A stretch of 63,883 bases of DNA, counting the filler, from Octopus bimaculoides (lineage: Eukaryota), in NCBI RefSeq assembly GCF_001194135.2. It is 4 parts of 3 records of this genome, joined end to end, with 100 filler letters (N's around TTAATTAATTAA, not from the genome) between each part and the next. Parts side by side here need not be neighbours in the genome. Positions count along the whole stretch, not along the records: positions 39,335 to 62,057 come from NC_068996.1; positions 62,158 to 63,883 come from NW_026309439.1; 2 more parts are not named here. One strand, written 5' to 3'. The notes beneath the pieces are model-generated. The model saw only the letters and a list, made by a program, of their open reading frames with translations. It did no database searches and was not told the origin of the DNA. Both the position numbers and the translations under genes were made by a program. Positions 51,270 through 63,647 of this stretch are shown in pieces. Each line of letters opens with the position of its first letter. The stretch's first letter is position 1.

Positions 51270-51600
51270 TGTGAGGGCACATGACCCAGTAGTTTTGATG
51301 TTTCAGTCACGATCGTGAGATCGTGATTTCAATTCCTAGACCGGGTGGTGCGTTGTGTTCTTGAGCAAAACACTTCATCTCACTTTGCTCTGCAATCACT
51401 TCTCGTGGCACACCTGGCGCGTGGCACACCTGGCGCGTGGCACACCTGGCGCGTGGCACACCTGGCGCGTGGCACACCTGGCGCGTGGCACACCTGGCGC
51501 GTGGCACACCTGGCGCGTGGCACACCTGGCGCGTGGCACACCTGTGCATCTGTCCAGGCGACGTCGATGTGGTGGAGGGAGTGCGCTAATGTACGGCATC
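51270..51600 (+). mobile_element. tRNA-derived SINE family C carrying an internal minisatellite
   Basis: Head GGGCACATGACCCAGTAG...GATTTCAATTCCTAGACCGGG resembles the head of the 54170-54430 copy. Confidence 0.65.
51405..51544 (+). repeat. Perfect 16-bp minisatellite (GTGGCACACCTGGCGC) x8.75
   Basis: Eight identical units plus 12 bp; 75% GC. Confidence 0.97.
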
Positions 51601-51609
51601 TACATTTGT

Positions 51610-51985
51610 TTTTTTTTACGTTTCAGTCATTTGACTGCGGCCATGCTGGGGCACCGCCTTTAGTCGAGGAAATCGACTCCCAGCACTTATTCTCTGTAAG
51701 CCTAATACGTATTCTATCGTTCTCTTTTTTGCCGAACCGCTAAGTTGCAGCGATATAAACACACTAGCATCAGTTGTCAAGCGATGGTGGGTGGGGGTGG
51801 CAAACACACACACACACACACACATATATACGACGAGCTTCTTTCAGTTTCCGTCTACCAAATCCACTCACAAGGTTTTGGTTAGCGCGAGGCTATATAG
51901 TAGTAGACAAGGTGCCACGCAATGGGACTGAACCCGGCACTATGTGATTGGTAAGCAAGCTACTTACCACGCAACCACTCCTACA
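51610..51985 (-). mobile_element. SINE family A copy, inverted
   Basis: Reverse complement of 48588-48995. Confidence 0.88.
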
Positions 51986-52558
51986 CGGTTTGATTACTAT
52001 AAGCAAATCATTTGCACTGGTCGTCCGGTAAAAGCTGAATACTCAAACGTCGCCTTCGACGAAAGAGTCCATCATATGATTAAGACAGTTAGATATATTT
52101 TGTGCTAGTGTGACGAAAGGCTTTCCTTAAGACTAGCAATGATTGCACCGATTCACTGATACTTCTCTTTAGGTCTTTGTACGTTAAGGAATGTCTGCGC
52201 CAGTGAGAGGACACTTTGTAACTAAGTTTTGCTACCAACCAGCATTTTACATTGGGTGTTTAATAACTCAAACCACACAAACATCAAAAATAAGCTGAAA
52301 ATGACTGTCACGTCACACTAGGTGACGGATACGACTGAGCATTTCTCTCATACTTGCAGCGAAACGGAGGCAGTTGCACACATAAGCATCCTTGGCCGCA
52401 TCCAGAAAATGATCACCCGATTTGGCGGCACAATGTCACTCATGCACACGCACCAGTCTTTGCCCATAGGCATAGTTAAAGACCTCGTCCCTCTGACTTT
52501 TGTTCAGCCATTAAAATGGAGAGGACACATATATATACCCACTCACACACACACACAC

Positions 52559-52597
<39 letters not shown>

Positions 52598-53067
52598 TAC
52601 ATCCATACATACATACATACATACATAATGAAAATATATACATAAAAACGCATCCATAAAACAAACATACAAATCTGCGCATACACTAACACCAAATACT
52701 GCACACACACACATGCACAAATACCTAGATGATGTTGGTAAAAGTTCCAATAAAGGAGCNNNNNNNNNNCATACAAATCTGCGCATACACTAACACCAAA
52801 TACTGCACACACACACATGCACAAATACCTAGATGATGTTGGTAAAAGTTCCAATAAAGGAGCCTTGAATCTATGTTAGAGTCCAGCTCTTTCTCTATGG
52901 ACAAGAAATACAGAAATGAAACTGATTGATAACATACATACATACATACATACATACATACATACATACATACATACATACACACATACATACCCATATT
53001 TATACATAAACATTTCCGTACAGACATGTTCCCTGGTACATACGCAATAGTTGCGTTTGGAATGGAG

Positions 53068-53101
<34 letters not shown>

Positions 53102-53336
53102 CCACCCACACAGCGGTAGTTATTCATAAACTTAGTAATTCGTCCCTTTCAGGTCGCTCGCCTCATATTGCGTCCCCACAAGCATTCCTCTCTCTCTAAC
53201 ACGACTATCCTCCTCTCGCATTCCTGCATTTTGAATCCCTTCAGGCCTAGCTATGATCACTAATAGTCTTTGCCAAAATATAACGCCTTGTGAATTTGCC
53301 CCACAGCTCATTTCTTTCTCAAGCGTGTTGACTTAC

Positions 53337-53396
53337 AAAGGTATAAAAAGAACATAAAATGCCGTCAGTCTCATAAGTCTATGAGGGCCCGCAGAC
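53337..53396 (-). CDS. Speculative start exon with signal-peptide-like MRLTAFYVLFIP
   Basis: Acceptor tcgctttcag, ATG at 53374, donor TT|gtaagt (phase 2). The hydrophobic stretch is short and no linking exons were found. Confidence 0.2.
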
Positions 53397-54044
53397 CTGA
53401 AAGCGATAACTAATCTTCTTCCAATCTGCCCATATTTCCGACCTAGCATGTAAAGAAAAAGGTAATTTCCCTCATAGAGATGCCACCGTTAATAATAACT
53501 ATATATGTATAAGTACAAGACAGAACGATTCTGATTTGAGTATAAATGGCTTCTTATATCTAGGAAGTTATCCTGCAAAACAGCGATGTATCATCGTGGT
53601 TTATACGTGCAGGCACACGCAAAATACACACACGATTGGGAAAGATTTGCCTGCTCTATCTCGTAGATCTGTAACTGTGAGAGAGATCTACTTCTTTGGC
53701 TCATATACATGTTTACATATGGACGGAGATGAGTGAAATTTATGGGTTGATGGAAGTTTTGGATGTGATTTTTAACATATCTCGCTACCACTTTCTGATT
53801 CTCTATTTCGTTCAATTGTACATATAAGCATAAAGGAGTAAAATGTGATTTGAAGGAATGTCGCTCCTTAATAGCATCCATCATGCTCATGTATCTACAT
53901 AAAACTGCAGGTTGTAATTTGAAGGAGACGCAGCTGACGGTCTTACCGAGTCTTGTAGTCACGTGGATGTCCTCTCACTGATAGTTACGCATTTTACAAG
54001 CGTGCTTCAGATTTACGTATGTGTCTGTGTGAATGTGTGATTAA

Positions 54045-54120
<76 letters not shown>

Positions 54121-54169
54121 CACACAACACACACACCACATCACACCACAAACACATTTTCTTTTTTTT

Positions 54170-54430
54170 ATTGGCACTCCGTCGGTTACGATGATGAGGA
54201 TTCCAGTTGATCCGCTCAACGAAAGAGCCTGGTTGTGAAATTAACTTGCAAGTGGCTGAGCACTCCACAGACACGTGTACCCTTAACGTAGTCTCTCAGG
54301 GAGATTCAGCGTGACACAGAGTGTGACAAGGCTGGCTCAATAAACACTCACAACGCCCGGTCTGGGAATCGAAACCGCGATCCTCCCACCGCGAGTCCGC
54401 TGCCCTAACCACTGGGCCATTGCGCCTCCA
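54170..54430 (-). mobile_element. tRNA(Arg)-like SINE family C, internally deleted
   Basis: GGCGCAATGGCCCAGTGGTTAGGGCAGCGGACTCGCGG..GGTTTCGATTCCC: A box, TCG anticodon-like loop and B box, followed by a non-tRNA body and an A-rich end. Confidence 0.75.
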
Positions 54431-54455
54431 CACAAACACATATACATATGTGTGT

Positions 54456-54560
54456 GTTGTGGGTGTGTGGGTGTTGTGGGTGTATGGGTGTTGTGGGTGT
54501 GTGGGTGTTGTGGGTGTGTGGGTGCTGTGGGTGTATGGGTGTTGTGGGTGTGTGGGTGTT
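54456..54560 (+). repeat. 17-bp GGG-rich minisatellite (GGGTGTGTGGGTGTTGT)
   Basis: 12 GGG tracts separated by 5-6 nt. Confidence 0.9.
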
Positions 54561-55124
54561 GTGAGTGTGTGTTATGTGTGTGTGTGTGTACATATCTACA
54601 TATACATACACACATGCAAACACACATACATGTATAAAATACACTTTAACTGAAATACAGTTTCCCCAAATTAAAAATATCTAATATAATAAATGCGAAT
54701 GTCATTGCGTCAGTGTGTCAAACTTTTTCAACCTAGAGGTCGTAGCCCAACATATACCGTTTTGGAATCAGGCTGACTCCGTGAGTAAATTTAAAACATT
54801 CCGGGTCGAATCCGGACCTGCAATCCTGAAATTCTGGATTCCTATATTTTCATCACTGCGATTTTTTTTTTACATGATTTTTTTTTTTTTGCGACGAATA
54901 TGATCATCACTAGGATATGACTCCGGAGGAAGCGACTGCGACAAATTCTCCAAAATGAGCCAGGCTTTTAAGCTAGTATAATATATATTATCATATGTGA
55001 TATATGCCTAAATGTTATAAACTTTAGAGTAACCATATCAAAGTCATGCCTGTACCTGTGTGTGAACGCGTCTACACACACACACACACACACACACACA
55101 TTCATACACTACAACCACCAATGC

Positions 55125-55453
55125 TACTGCTTCTTCTTCTTCTTTTCCTTCTTTTTCTTCTTCTTCTTCTTCTTCTTCTTCTTCTTCTCCTCCCCTCTTC
55201 CTCCATCTTCTCCTCCTCCTCCTCCTCCTCCTCCATCTCCTTCTTCTTCTTCTCCTCCTCCTCCTNNNNNNNNNNNNNNNNNNNNNNNNNNNNNNNNNNN
55301 NNNNNNNNNNNNNNNNNNNNNNNNNNNNNNNNNNNTTTTCTCCTCCTCCTCCTCCTCCTCCTCCATCTTCTTCTTCTTCTTCTTCTTCTTCTTCTTCTTC
55401 TTCTTCTTCTTCTTCTTCTTCTTTTTCTTCTTCTTCTTCTTCTGCTGCTGCTG

Positions 55454-55525
<72 letters not shown>
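55125..55525 (+). repeat. Compound trinucleotide array (CTT/CCT, then CTG, then CTA)
   Basis: Read directly; interrupted by a 71-N gap. Confidence 0.95.
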
Positions 55526-55923
55526 CTCATTTTTTTATATTTTGAATATCTTTATCTGAAAATATCCTCATAACCGTTATCAAGTTTTCTTAAACACTAT
55601 AACAGCTTTGTCACATTCTAATTCCAAATTTAGTTAAATCTAGCCATTAGCTCATCTAATCATCAGCTCTTCTCGGCAGATTTTCTGCTTAGTTGCCTCC
55701 TTCATCTTAATTAGCCTTCGGCGATTCCTATCACACTCCAGCATACGGATATAGCTTGGAGGACAGACAATAACAGAAGCCATTATTGTCTGTCATAGCG
55801 TCGCGAACCACATTCGTAAATGCATTCAGAATTGAATGCTAAATTGCGTTTTAAAATTAAATTCATTGTGACTTTAATTTTAAAATGTTGTTAATTCAGG
55901 GAATGCCATTTTCACCAGTAATT

Positions 55924-55924
55924 A

Positions 55925-55966
<42 letters not shown>

Positions 55967-56115
55967 CATCATTAGCGCTCGTCGTTATCATTAACTTCTT
56001 CTTCATTATCAATTGTAATCGCCAAAATTATCATCATCGTGTCGTCGTTGTCATCTTCCTCCTCCTCCCCTCCTCCTCCTCCTCCCCCTCCCCTCATCCT
56101 CCTCCTCATCCTCAC

Positions 56116-56168
<53 letters not shown>

Positions 56169-56309
56169 ACATCATCATATCCTTATCATTGCTATAATTA
56201 TCATTATCGTTTCTATAATTATCATTGCCATCATTATCGTTCGTTGTTGTCATCCTCCTTCTCTTCACTAACAACCATCATCGCCATCATAAACATCATC
56301 GTCATCATG

Positions 56310-56342
<33 letters not shown>

Positions 56343-56345
56343 TTC
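55924..56345 (+). repeat. (CAT)n/(CCT)n trinucleotide region
   Basis: Read directly. Confidence 0.95.
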
Positions 56346-58534
56346 ATTATGAATCACCATCATCATTTTGTAGAGTATATTGATGTAGTAGCCGTTTTTA
56401 ATTATTTTTATCTTCTCAGATGCTGACTGTACATAGTGTGAGTGCTGTATACGATGATTGTTCTGTTTGGCCTGAGCCGTTGAAGTGATAATGTCTTGCA
56501 TAGGATCTGATCTATTCTTAACACAGCTTTTCTTCCTCTCTTTCTTTCATTCTTTCTTTCATTTCGTTTGGATAATGTATTGTGTTTTGACCTCTTGTAT
56601 GACTTGCAATTTTCTTCTTTTTTTTTTGTCGTTCATATTTGTTTAACACATATCATGCTTATTGGTATTGATTTTGGTATTGTTTTGGTTTTTATTTAAC
56701 ATATCTCATGCTTATTGGTATTGGTATCTCAGTTCTTATTGGTATTGTTTTCACCTTCATATCTCAACATCTTGAATATTTAGTCGTCAAAGTTGTTATA
56801 TTTTGACATTTTTCTTACTTCTTTTCGGGCAATATTTTGGTCAGAATGTATTGCGATGGCTATCAGTATACAAGTGGTTTCTTCCCTTCCTCTTGCTTTT
56901 TTATTGTTTTCATTTTTATTCATTTTTTAAAGCCCATTTCTTGATTATTCTGTCTGGATGGTTTACCTTGGTCTTTGAACAAGGACGGTCATATCCGCGA
57001 ACATTGTGTCCATGTTGGTGTCATGTGATACGTTCGTACATGTTTACACCACTTCAAGTCTGTGCTCACATTGAAATGTCCGCATAGCAATTTGTTATAT
57101 CGCAATACTACACAGTGGCTGTATGAGCTACGAAATCCTTGTCGCCACTGTTATATCGCACGTTCGGATGACGTCTACTCAACTACTCAACGTCTAGACT
57201 TTTCCCTCTATATCTACGTATTGGGCTAGCCTACTTCATCGTCTGGGGGCGTCGATACAACACAATTCCAACCACGTTTCGTGGTTCGCTGCGTCAACAG
57301 TTCCTTTATGGGATCCAGTGGTTAAAGACATCATCAGAAGGATGTAGCTGACAACCCAAAAATGTTATCGTATATATTCAGATTTTGAAAGGAATAGACA
57401 ACTAAAGATGAAGTCGTCAGCACTCTCGTTGTGTTAGTTGCACATTCTGCATTAGGTGTTAGGATATATTTTCATTATTTTGTGCAGGCAGAGTCCTTAG
57501 GGCGCCGGACAAAACTCATAGAGGCATTTCTTTCGGCTCTTTACGATCTAAGTTTAAATTCTACCTAAGTCGACTTTACCTTCCATCTTTTCGAAATCGA
57601 TAAAATAAGTACCAGTTGAGCACTGGGGACGATGTAATCATCTAACCACCTACCCTCGAAATTTCAAGCTCTGTGCCTTTGGGCTTGTAATTCTTTCGGC
57701 TTGTAATTGTTTGTAACTAGATAATGGTCTATTGCAGCAAGAACTAGTTTTATTGTTTCTGCTTTAATCTGGGTTCGACCACCATTAATTTTCACTTTGG
57801 TTTACATCTCTGTCGTGCCTTTCAGGGTATTGGCTGTGGAGTGGTTTTCATTCTATTTTTATTTTAGTATGCTTTGTAATTCTGTTTTCATGCTTTTGGA
57901 GTTTTATTTTTTTTTTTTTTGTCTTTCTAACTGTTTCTGTTGCAGGATCAACTAAATTTATTATTTCCACGTAGTGTCTTTGTATCGTTTTGTTGTGTCT
58001 TGAGAAAAGTGCTACCTCCCGGAATATTCTTTTTTTTTTTTTTTTTTTTTTTTTTTTGCCTTGAACGTGATAGAATATTATAGGGTTTTTCGCATGGATT
58101 TCATTCGAGAATGGGGACAAAATAGATCATGAAAATGATATTGAAATGTGGATGATGGGGAAAGATAGAGCGGGAGAAAGAAAGTAAAAGAGAGGCAGAC
58201 GATAGCACGAGGGGAGGATAGTGAGAAAGAAGAGTGTGAAATAGACCGAGAGAAAGATAATGTCAACGCGACAGAAAACAAAATGGTTATGGTAAGAACT
58301 ACTTGTCACTATGACGCCTTGAATTTTCGTCATCCATGATGAAATTGTTACTCTATGTATGGATTGTGCTCCTACTCTCCTTCCTTCTCTTCTCTTCCCC
58401 CTCTCTTCTCTCTCACCCTCTCTCTCTTTCTCTCGCTTTCACTCACCCTCTCTTGGCAGTAATCATACACAATGTACTGACAGTCACTGACACCAAACAC
58501 TTGCTCAGATACACATATACATTCGCAACTAACC

Positions 58535-58944
58535 TGTTGATGTTGAAATTCCGATGAAGGAACATTGGTTCTACGTATGAAATCAGTTATTTCTTCAGTA
58601 GAGAGAAATCTAAAAATACAACTAAATAACATACTACTCACATGCGCGCGCACACACACACATACACGCACATACACACACACGCACAAACACACACAAG
58701 CTCATACATACATGCGTGCATACATATATACATACATACATACATGCATACATACATACATGCATATGTACATACATACATACATACATACACACACATA
58801 TATACATACATACATACATACATGCATATGTACATACATACACACACACATACGCACATACAAATATACTTACATACATACATACATACATACACACACA
58901 TACATACATACATACATACACACACACATACATACATACGTACG

Positions 58945-58976
<32 letters not shown>

Positions 58977-59790
58977 CATACATAGATATATACATATATA
59001 CATACATATATACATACATACATACGTACATACATACATACCTATATACATACATACATATATACATACATACATACATACATACATACATACATACATA
59101 CACGCTGAACGTTTCGAAAGTTCGACATATTTCGACAATTCCGTTGATACCTTGTATCGATAATCTTCAAATTAAGCCTTCTCCTTTCTGGTTTTTGAGA
59201 AGCCTTCTTTCTCAAGATAGGTGCATATGTATGTATGTATGTATGTATGTACGTATGTATGTATATGTATGTATGTATGTATGTATGCATGCATGTATGT
59301 ATGTATGCATGTACGTATGTAGGTATGTATGTATGTATGTACGTACGTATGTATGTATGTATGTATGTATGCATTTACGTGTGTATGTATGTTATTCAGT
59401 TTTATTTCAAGATTTCATGCCAATAGAGAATGAGCTGGTTTCTAACCTAGATCCAAGGCTCCTTCACTTAAATTTCAACATCAACAACAGGGTATTTTTG
59501 TTTGTTTGTTTGTATGTATGTGCGTATGTATGTATGTATGTATGTATGTATGCATATATGCATGTACGTATGTATGCATGCACGTATGTCATTGTTCAGT
59601 TTTATTTCAAGATTTCTGGCCAATAGAGAAAGAACCGGTTTCTAATCTAGATCCAAGGTTCTATCATTGCAATTTCAACATCGACACAGTATTTTTGTTT
59701 GTTTGTNNNNNNNNNNACCGGTTTCTAATCTAGATCCAAGGTTCTATCATTGCAATTTCAACATCGACACAGTATTTTTGTTTGTTTGTA
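58535..59790. repeat. Convergent copies of a ~105-bp element with (CATA)n/(TATG)n tails
   Basis: 58535-58635 is about 75% identical to the reverse complement of 59391-59495. Further copies at 59590-59706, 15455-15570 and 20221-20260. Confidence 0.75.
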
Positions 59791-59848
59791 TGTATGTATG
59801 TATGTATGTATCTATCTATCTATCTATATATCTATCTATCTATCTATA

Positions 59849-59891
<43 letters not shown>

Positions 59892-60039
59892 GTTTTGCTT
59901 TATGTATATATTCTCATGCATATAGTTTGGATTTGGTCATTCAACCATTCATCGACACCTGCGTGCCATCGGAAAAGTTAGCAAATTGGGTCAATGAGTT
60001 CCCCACAATCTTTCCGAATCTAATCGCGCGCAGAGAGTG

Positions 60040-60743
60040 AATGTATGCTCTTCTTTGCTGTGAGTCTCATGAATGAACCTTTTTTGGACCGAGAAATGGG
60101 TTCTCTATAAAAATGTCAAGCGCCTAAGACAGTGGGTAGGGAAAGGAGAAACACTAGCACCCTAGGCTAAAGAAGGTCTTCACCCAGGTAAGGTGTTGTT
60201 ATCTGTTTGGTGGGATATGAATGGTTTAGCCCACTTCGAACTTTTAAACCGAAACCAAACAATAACGAAGGAGATCTACTGCAAGAAGCTTGAGCAGCTT
60301 AAGTCAGTGCTACAAAAAAAAAAAAAAACCCCACAATCGTTTGGTTTCAAGACGAAAGGTGTTCTTCCATTAGGATAATGCTTGGCCACAAACAGCGAAG
60401 ATGACATTCCAAAGGCTGGAGCAGTTTGAATGGGAAACAATGCCTCACCCACTATATTCGCCGGACATTGTCCCATCCGATTAGCATTCATTCCGCAGTC
60501 TTCAAAATCATTTGGACGGAGAAAATATGAATTCTGTACACGAGGTCAGGACAGTAATGTAAGAAGTATTTTTCGTCACGTACAAGTGAATTTTGAAAGA
60601 GGATCCTTACAAGTCTACCAGATAAATGGAAGAGCATTGTAGAAAATGAAGGAAAGTATATTTTAGATTAAAAAAGAATTTTATCTTAATTTTGAAAAAC
60701 AATAGAAGTATAAAAAAGCTCATTATTTATGGGATGACCCAAT
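60040..60743 (+). mobile_element. mariner (DD34D) remnant with right TIR
   Basis: LLSVWWDMNGLAHFELL, DNAWP, HPLYSPDIVPSD; ends TTATGGGATGACCCAATA|TA. Confidence 0.88.
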
Positions 60744-60879
60744 ATATATGTATATATATATATATATGTATATATAGCATAAGAGTGGCTTTGTGGAGGT
60801 GTAGGAGTGGTTGTGTGGAGGTGTAGGAGAGGCTGTGTGGAGGCGTAGGATTGGCTGTGTGGGCATAGACATAGAAGTG

Positions 60880-61020
60880 GTTGTGTGGTTGCCAACCACA
60901 TGGTTCTGGGTTCAGTTCACTGCATGGCACCCTGGGCATGTCTTTTACTATAGCCTCGGGCCGGCCAAAGCCTTGTAAGTGGATTTGGTAGACGCAAACT
61001 GAAAGAAGCCAGTCGTGTAT
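60880..61020 (+). mobile_element. SINE family A head
   Basis: Aligns to 48600-48750. Confidence 0.8.
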
Positions 61021-61607
61021 ATATATATATATATATATATTTACTGTATATCGTTATATTTCGGGATGGTAACTTTTATTTTATTTTATTTATATTTTAG
61101 CCAAATATAACAATATCTGTTTCGACACGCGATTTTACACGTGTATATATGTATATGCATGTATACATGAACATACAGAAGTGTCCACGCGCGAGCCCAT
61201 GTGGTTTGTTTTACAAGACTCTTGGTGTGAAATTGTGTGTTGAAGCAGCTATTGTTGAATTTTTGGGAGGGTCATAGCAATAAGTAAACTCAGAGACATG
61301 AGCATTGAACAAAAGGTGAGTGCTAACTTGGAGGAGATACGCCGTGGGCACGTTATTATTGCTTGTAAGTAGATTATTTTCACGAACATGGTAATCTATT
61401 TATATATTTATTTATTACTTAATTATAATACTTACTGATTACAAAACTGAAATAAAATACAACTGATGTGTATTTTATTTTCCGTTTCTCTCTCTCACAC
61501 TCTCTCTCTCTCTCTTCACACACACATATATTGCACACGCACATACGTACTCATATATAAGTGTGTGTTTGTGTGTAAATAAGTGTGAATATATGTACGT
61601 TCACACT

Positions 61608-61668
<61 letters not shown>

Positions 61669-61900
61669 GGCAGTGAGCTGGCAGAATCGTTAGCGCGCCA
61701 GGCGAAATGCTTAGCGGTATTTCGTCTGCCGTTACTTTCTGAATTCAAATTCCGCCGAGGTCGACTTTGCCTTTCATCCTTTCGGGGTCGATAAATTAAG
61801 TACCAGTTATGCACCGGGGTCGATGTAATCAATTTAATCCCATTGTCTGTCCTTGTTTGTCCCCTCTATGTTTAGCCCCTTGTGGGCAATAAAGAAATAA
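61669..61900 (+). mobile_element. tRNA-derived SINE family B, full length
   Basis: AGGCAGTGAGCTGGCAGAATCGTTAG (A-box-like), GAATTCAAATTCC (B-box-like) and the conserved core GCCTTTCATCCTTTCGGGGTCGATAAATTAAGTACCAG. Other copies at 12225, 30885 and 57520. Confidence 0.88.
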
Positions 61901-61913
61901 AATAGATCAATTA

Positions 61914-61945
<32 letters not shown>

Positions 61946-62057
61946 CTTTCTTTTATTAGCCACACAGTGCTGCACACAGAGGGGACAAATACAACTGTAG
62001 AGCTTTTCTTTAAAAATAAAAAAAAAGGTAAAATAAAATTAAAAAATCCGATCAAAA

Positions 62058-62157
62058 NNNNNNNNNNNNNNNNNNNNNNNNNNNNNNNNNNNNNNNNNNN
62101 NTTAATTAATTAANNNNNNNNNNNNNNNNNNNNNNNNNNNNNNNNNNNNNNNNNNNN
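62058..62157. other. Artificial scaffold linker
   Basis: 44 N + TTAATTAATTAA + 44 N. Confidence 0.95.
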
Positions 62158-62506
62158 AACAATAGCGTGGATAGTCTGCGGAAGTTTAATTGTCTACATG
62201 GAGTGCCCCATAGCCAAGGGAGATAACCTACTTATAGGAAAGCCCTAAGAACAAAGAATATAAAAGGAAAGAACTAAAAGCAAAGAAAAAACATGAAGAC
62301 ATTTTTTGTTTTCTTTATATTTTCTATTTATCATTCTCTATTGTTTTTTTCTTTCTTCTCTCTTCCTTTTTTTCTTTTCTTCCTTCTTCTACCATCCCTA
62401 GAAACCCTCTAAGCTTTTACCTTTTTTGACACTCCTTAAAAAGATCATTTCAATACAATGGCCCTTCTCTCTCTCTTTTACCACATCCATCTCTCTATCT
62501 ATCTGA

Positions 62507-62540
<34 letters not shown>

Positions 62541-62841
62541 CTCTATCTGCCTGTCTATCTATCTATCTGCTCATACATCTTCCATTGTCTCCAAAGCCTC
62601 CCCCCCCCAAAAAAAAACAATGTTCTGTTATAAACAAAACCCCAAAAAACACCTGTTTTATATCAATAAGCAAGATCTCTGTATTTTCACAGAATTATAT
62701 TTGACAAGTTCGAAAGACGAACGATAGCGCTAATATATGTATAAAATAAATGAAAGAAGTTATTCCAAAATTCTGACGACTTTTTTTCAATATTTAATTC
62801 TGTACATCACATCTAACACTCTACACATATATATCAATATA

Positions 62842-62870
62842 CTAGCAGTATCACCCGATCTTGTCCGGGT
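62842..62870 (-). mobile_element. Helitron 3' terminus
   Basis: The minus strand reads hairpin ACCCGGACAAGATCGGGT then GATACTG-CTAG|T, the same terminal motif (ATACTGCTAGT) as 30032-30042. Confidence 0.7.
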
Positions 62871-63647
62871 GTGACTTTATTACGCCATCTACGAAAAGTC
62901 TTGCTAGGTGAAAATCAACTAAAAAAAGAAAGCCTTAAAACGAAAAAACCCTTATGATGTAAATATGTTCATAATTCAAAAGACGATGAAATTAATAGGG
63001 AANNNNNNNNNNNNNNNNNNNNNNNNNNNNNNNNNNNNNNNNNNNNNNNNNNNNNNNNNNNNNNNNNNNNNNNNNNNNNNNNNNNNNNNNNNNNNNNNNN
63101 NNNNNNNNNNNNNNNNNNNNNNNNNNNNNNNNNNNNNNNNNNNNNNNNNNNNNNNNNNNNNNNNNNNNNNNNNNNNNNNNNNNNNNNNNNNNNNNNNNNN
63201 NNNNNNNNNNNNNNNNNNNNNNNNNNNNNNNNNNNNNNNNNNNNNNNNNNNNNNNNNNNNNNNNNNNNNNNNNNNNNNNNNNNNNNNNNNNNNNNNNNNN
63301 NNNNNNNNNNNNNNNNNNNNNTGCACTGATTATACATAGCAGGGTAATCCCTTTTCGCAGGAGCTAGGACGGCAATTTGTGATGAAGCAATTGCTGGCGA
63401 TCTGTTGGTACACAGTTTTGCCAGAATTCTATCAGATTGGGCAGAAGATGTTGATGCGCCATTTTACATTATGTTCAAAGTAGCTTCTGGAATGTGGTGA
63501 ATTGCTGCAGTCTGTTGCTGTCATTTTAAACCGGTTGCTTTCTTTCCCCTGCAAACTCTCTTCTTTGGAGGCATAATCTATGTATATATTAAACAGAACA
63601 AAAAAATTATAATAGATGGCAGGGTGGGTACTTTTCACATATCTATA

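Noticed and set aside
51405-51544. Regular repeat array as a possible CRISPR
   Set aside because: Units are head-to-tail with no spacers, there are no cas genes, and the context is eukaryotic.
52666-52863. 94-bp direct repeat either side of a 10-N gap (similarly 59636-59788)
   Set aside because: Pattern of unmerged contig overlap; most likely an assembly artefact.
53591-53962. 123-aa non-repetitive minus-strand ORF
   Set aside because: No recognisable motif or supporting splice structure; consistent with chance.
54360-54430. tRNA-Arg-like sequence as a real tRNA gene
   Set aside because: No complete acceptor stem, and it continues into a SINE body.
1075-63339. Long ORFs in the track made of X runs or of HT/CV/YI/SL/MYVC/poly-residue repeats
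   Set aside because: They arise from N gaps and microsatellites, with no domain content.
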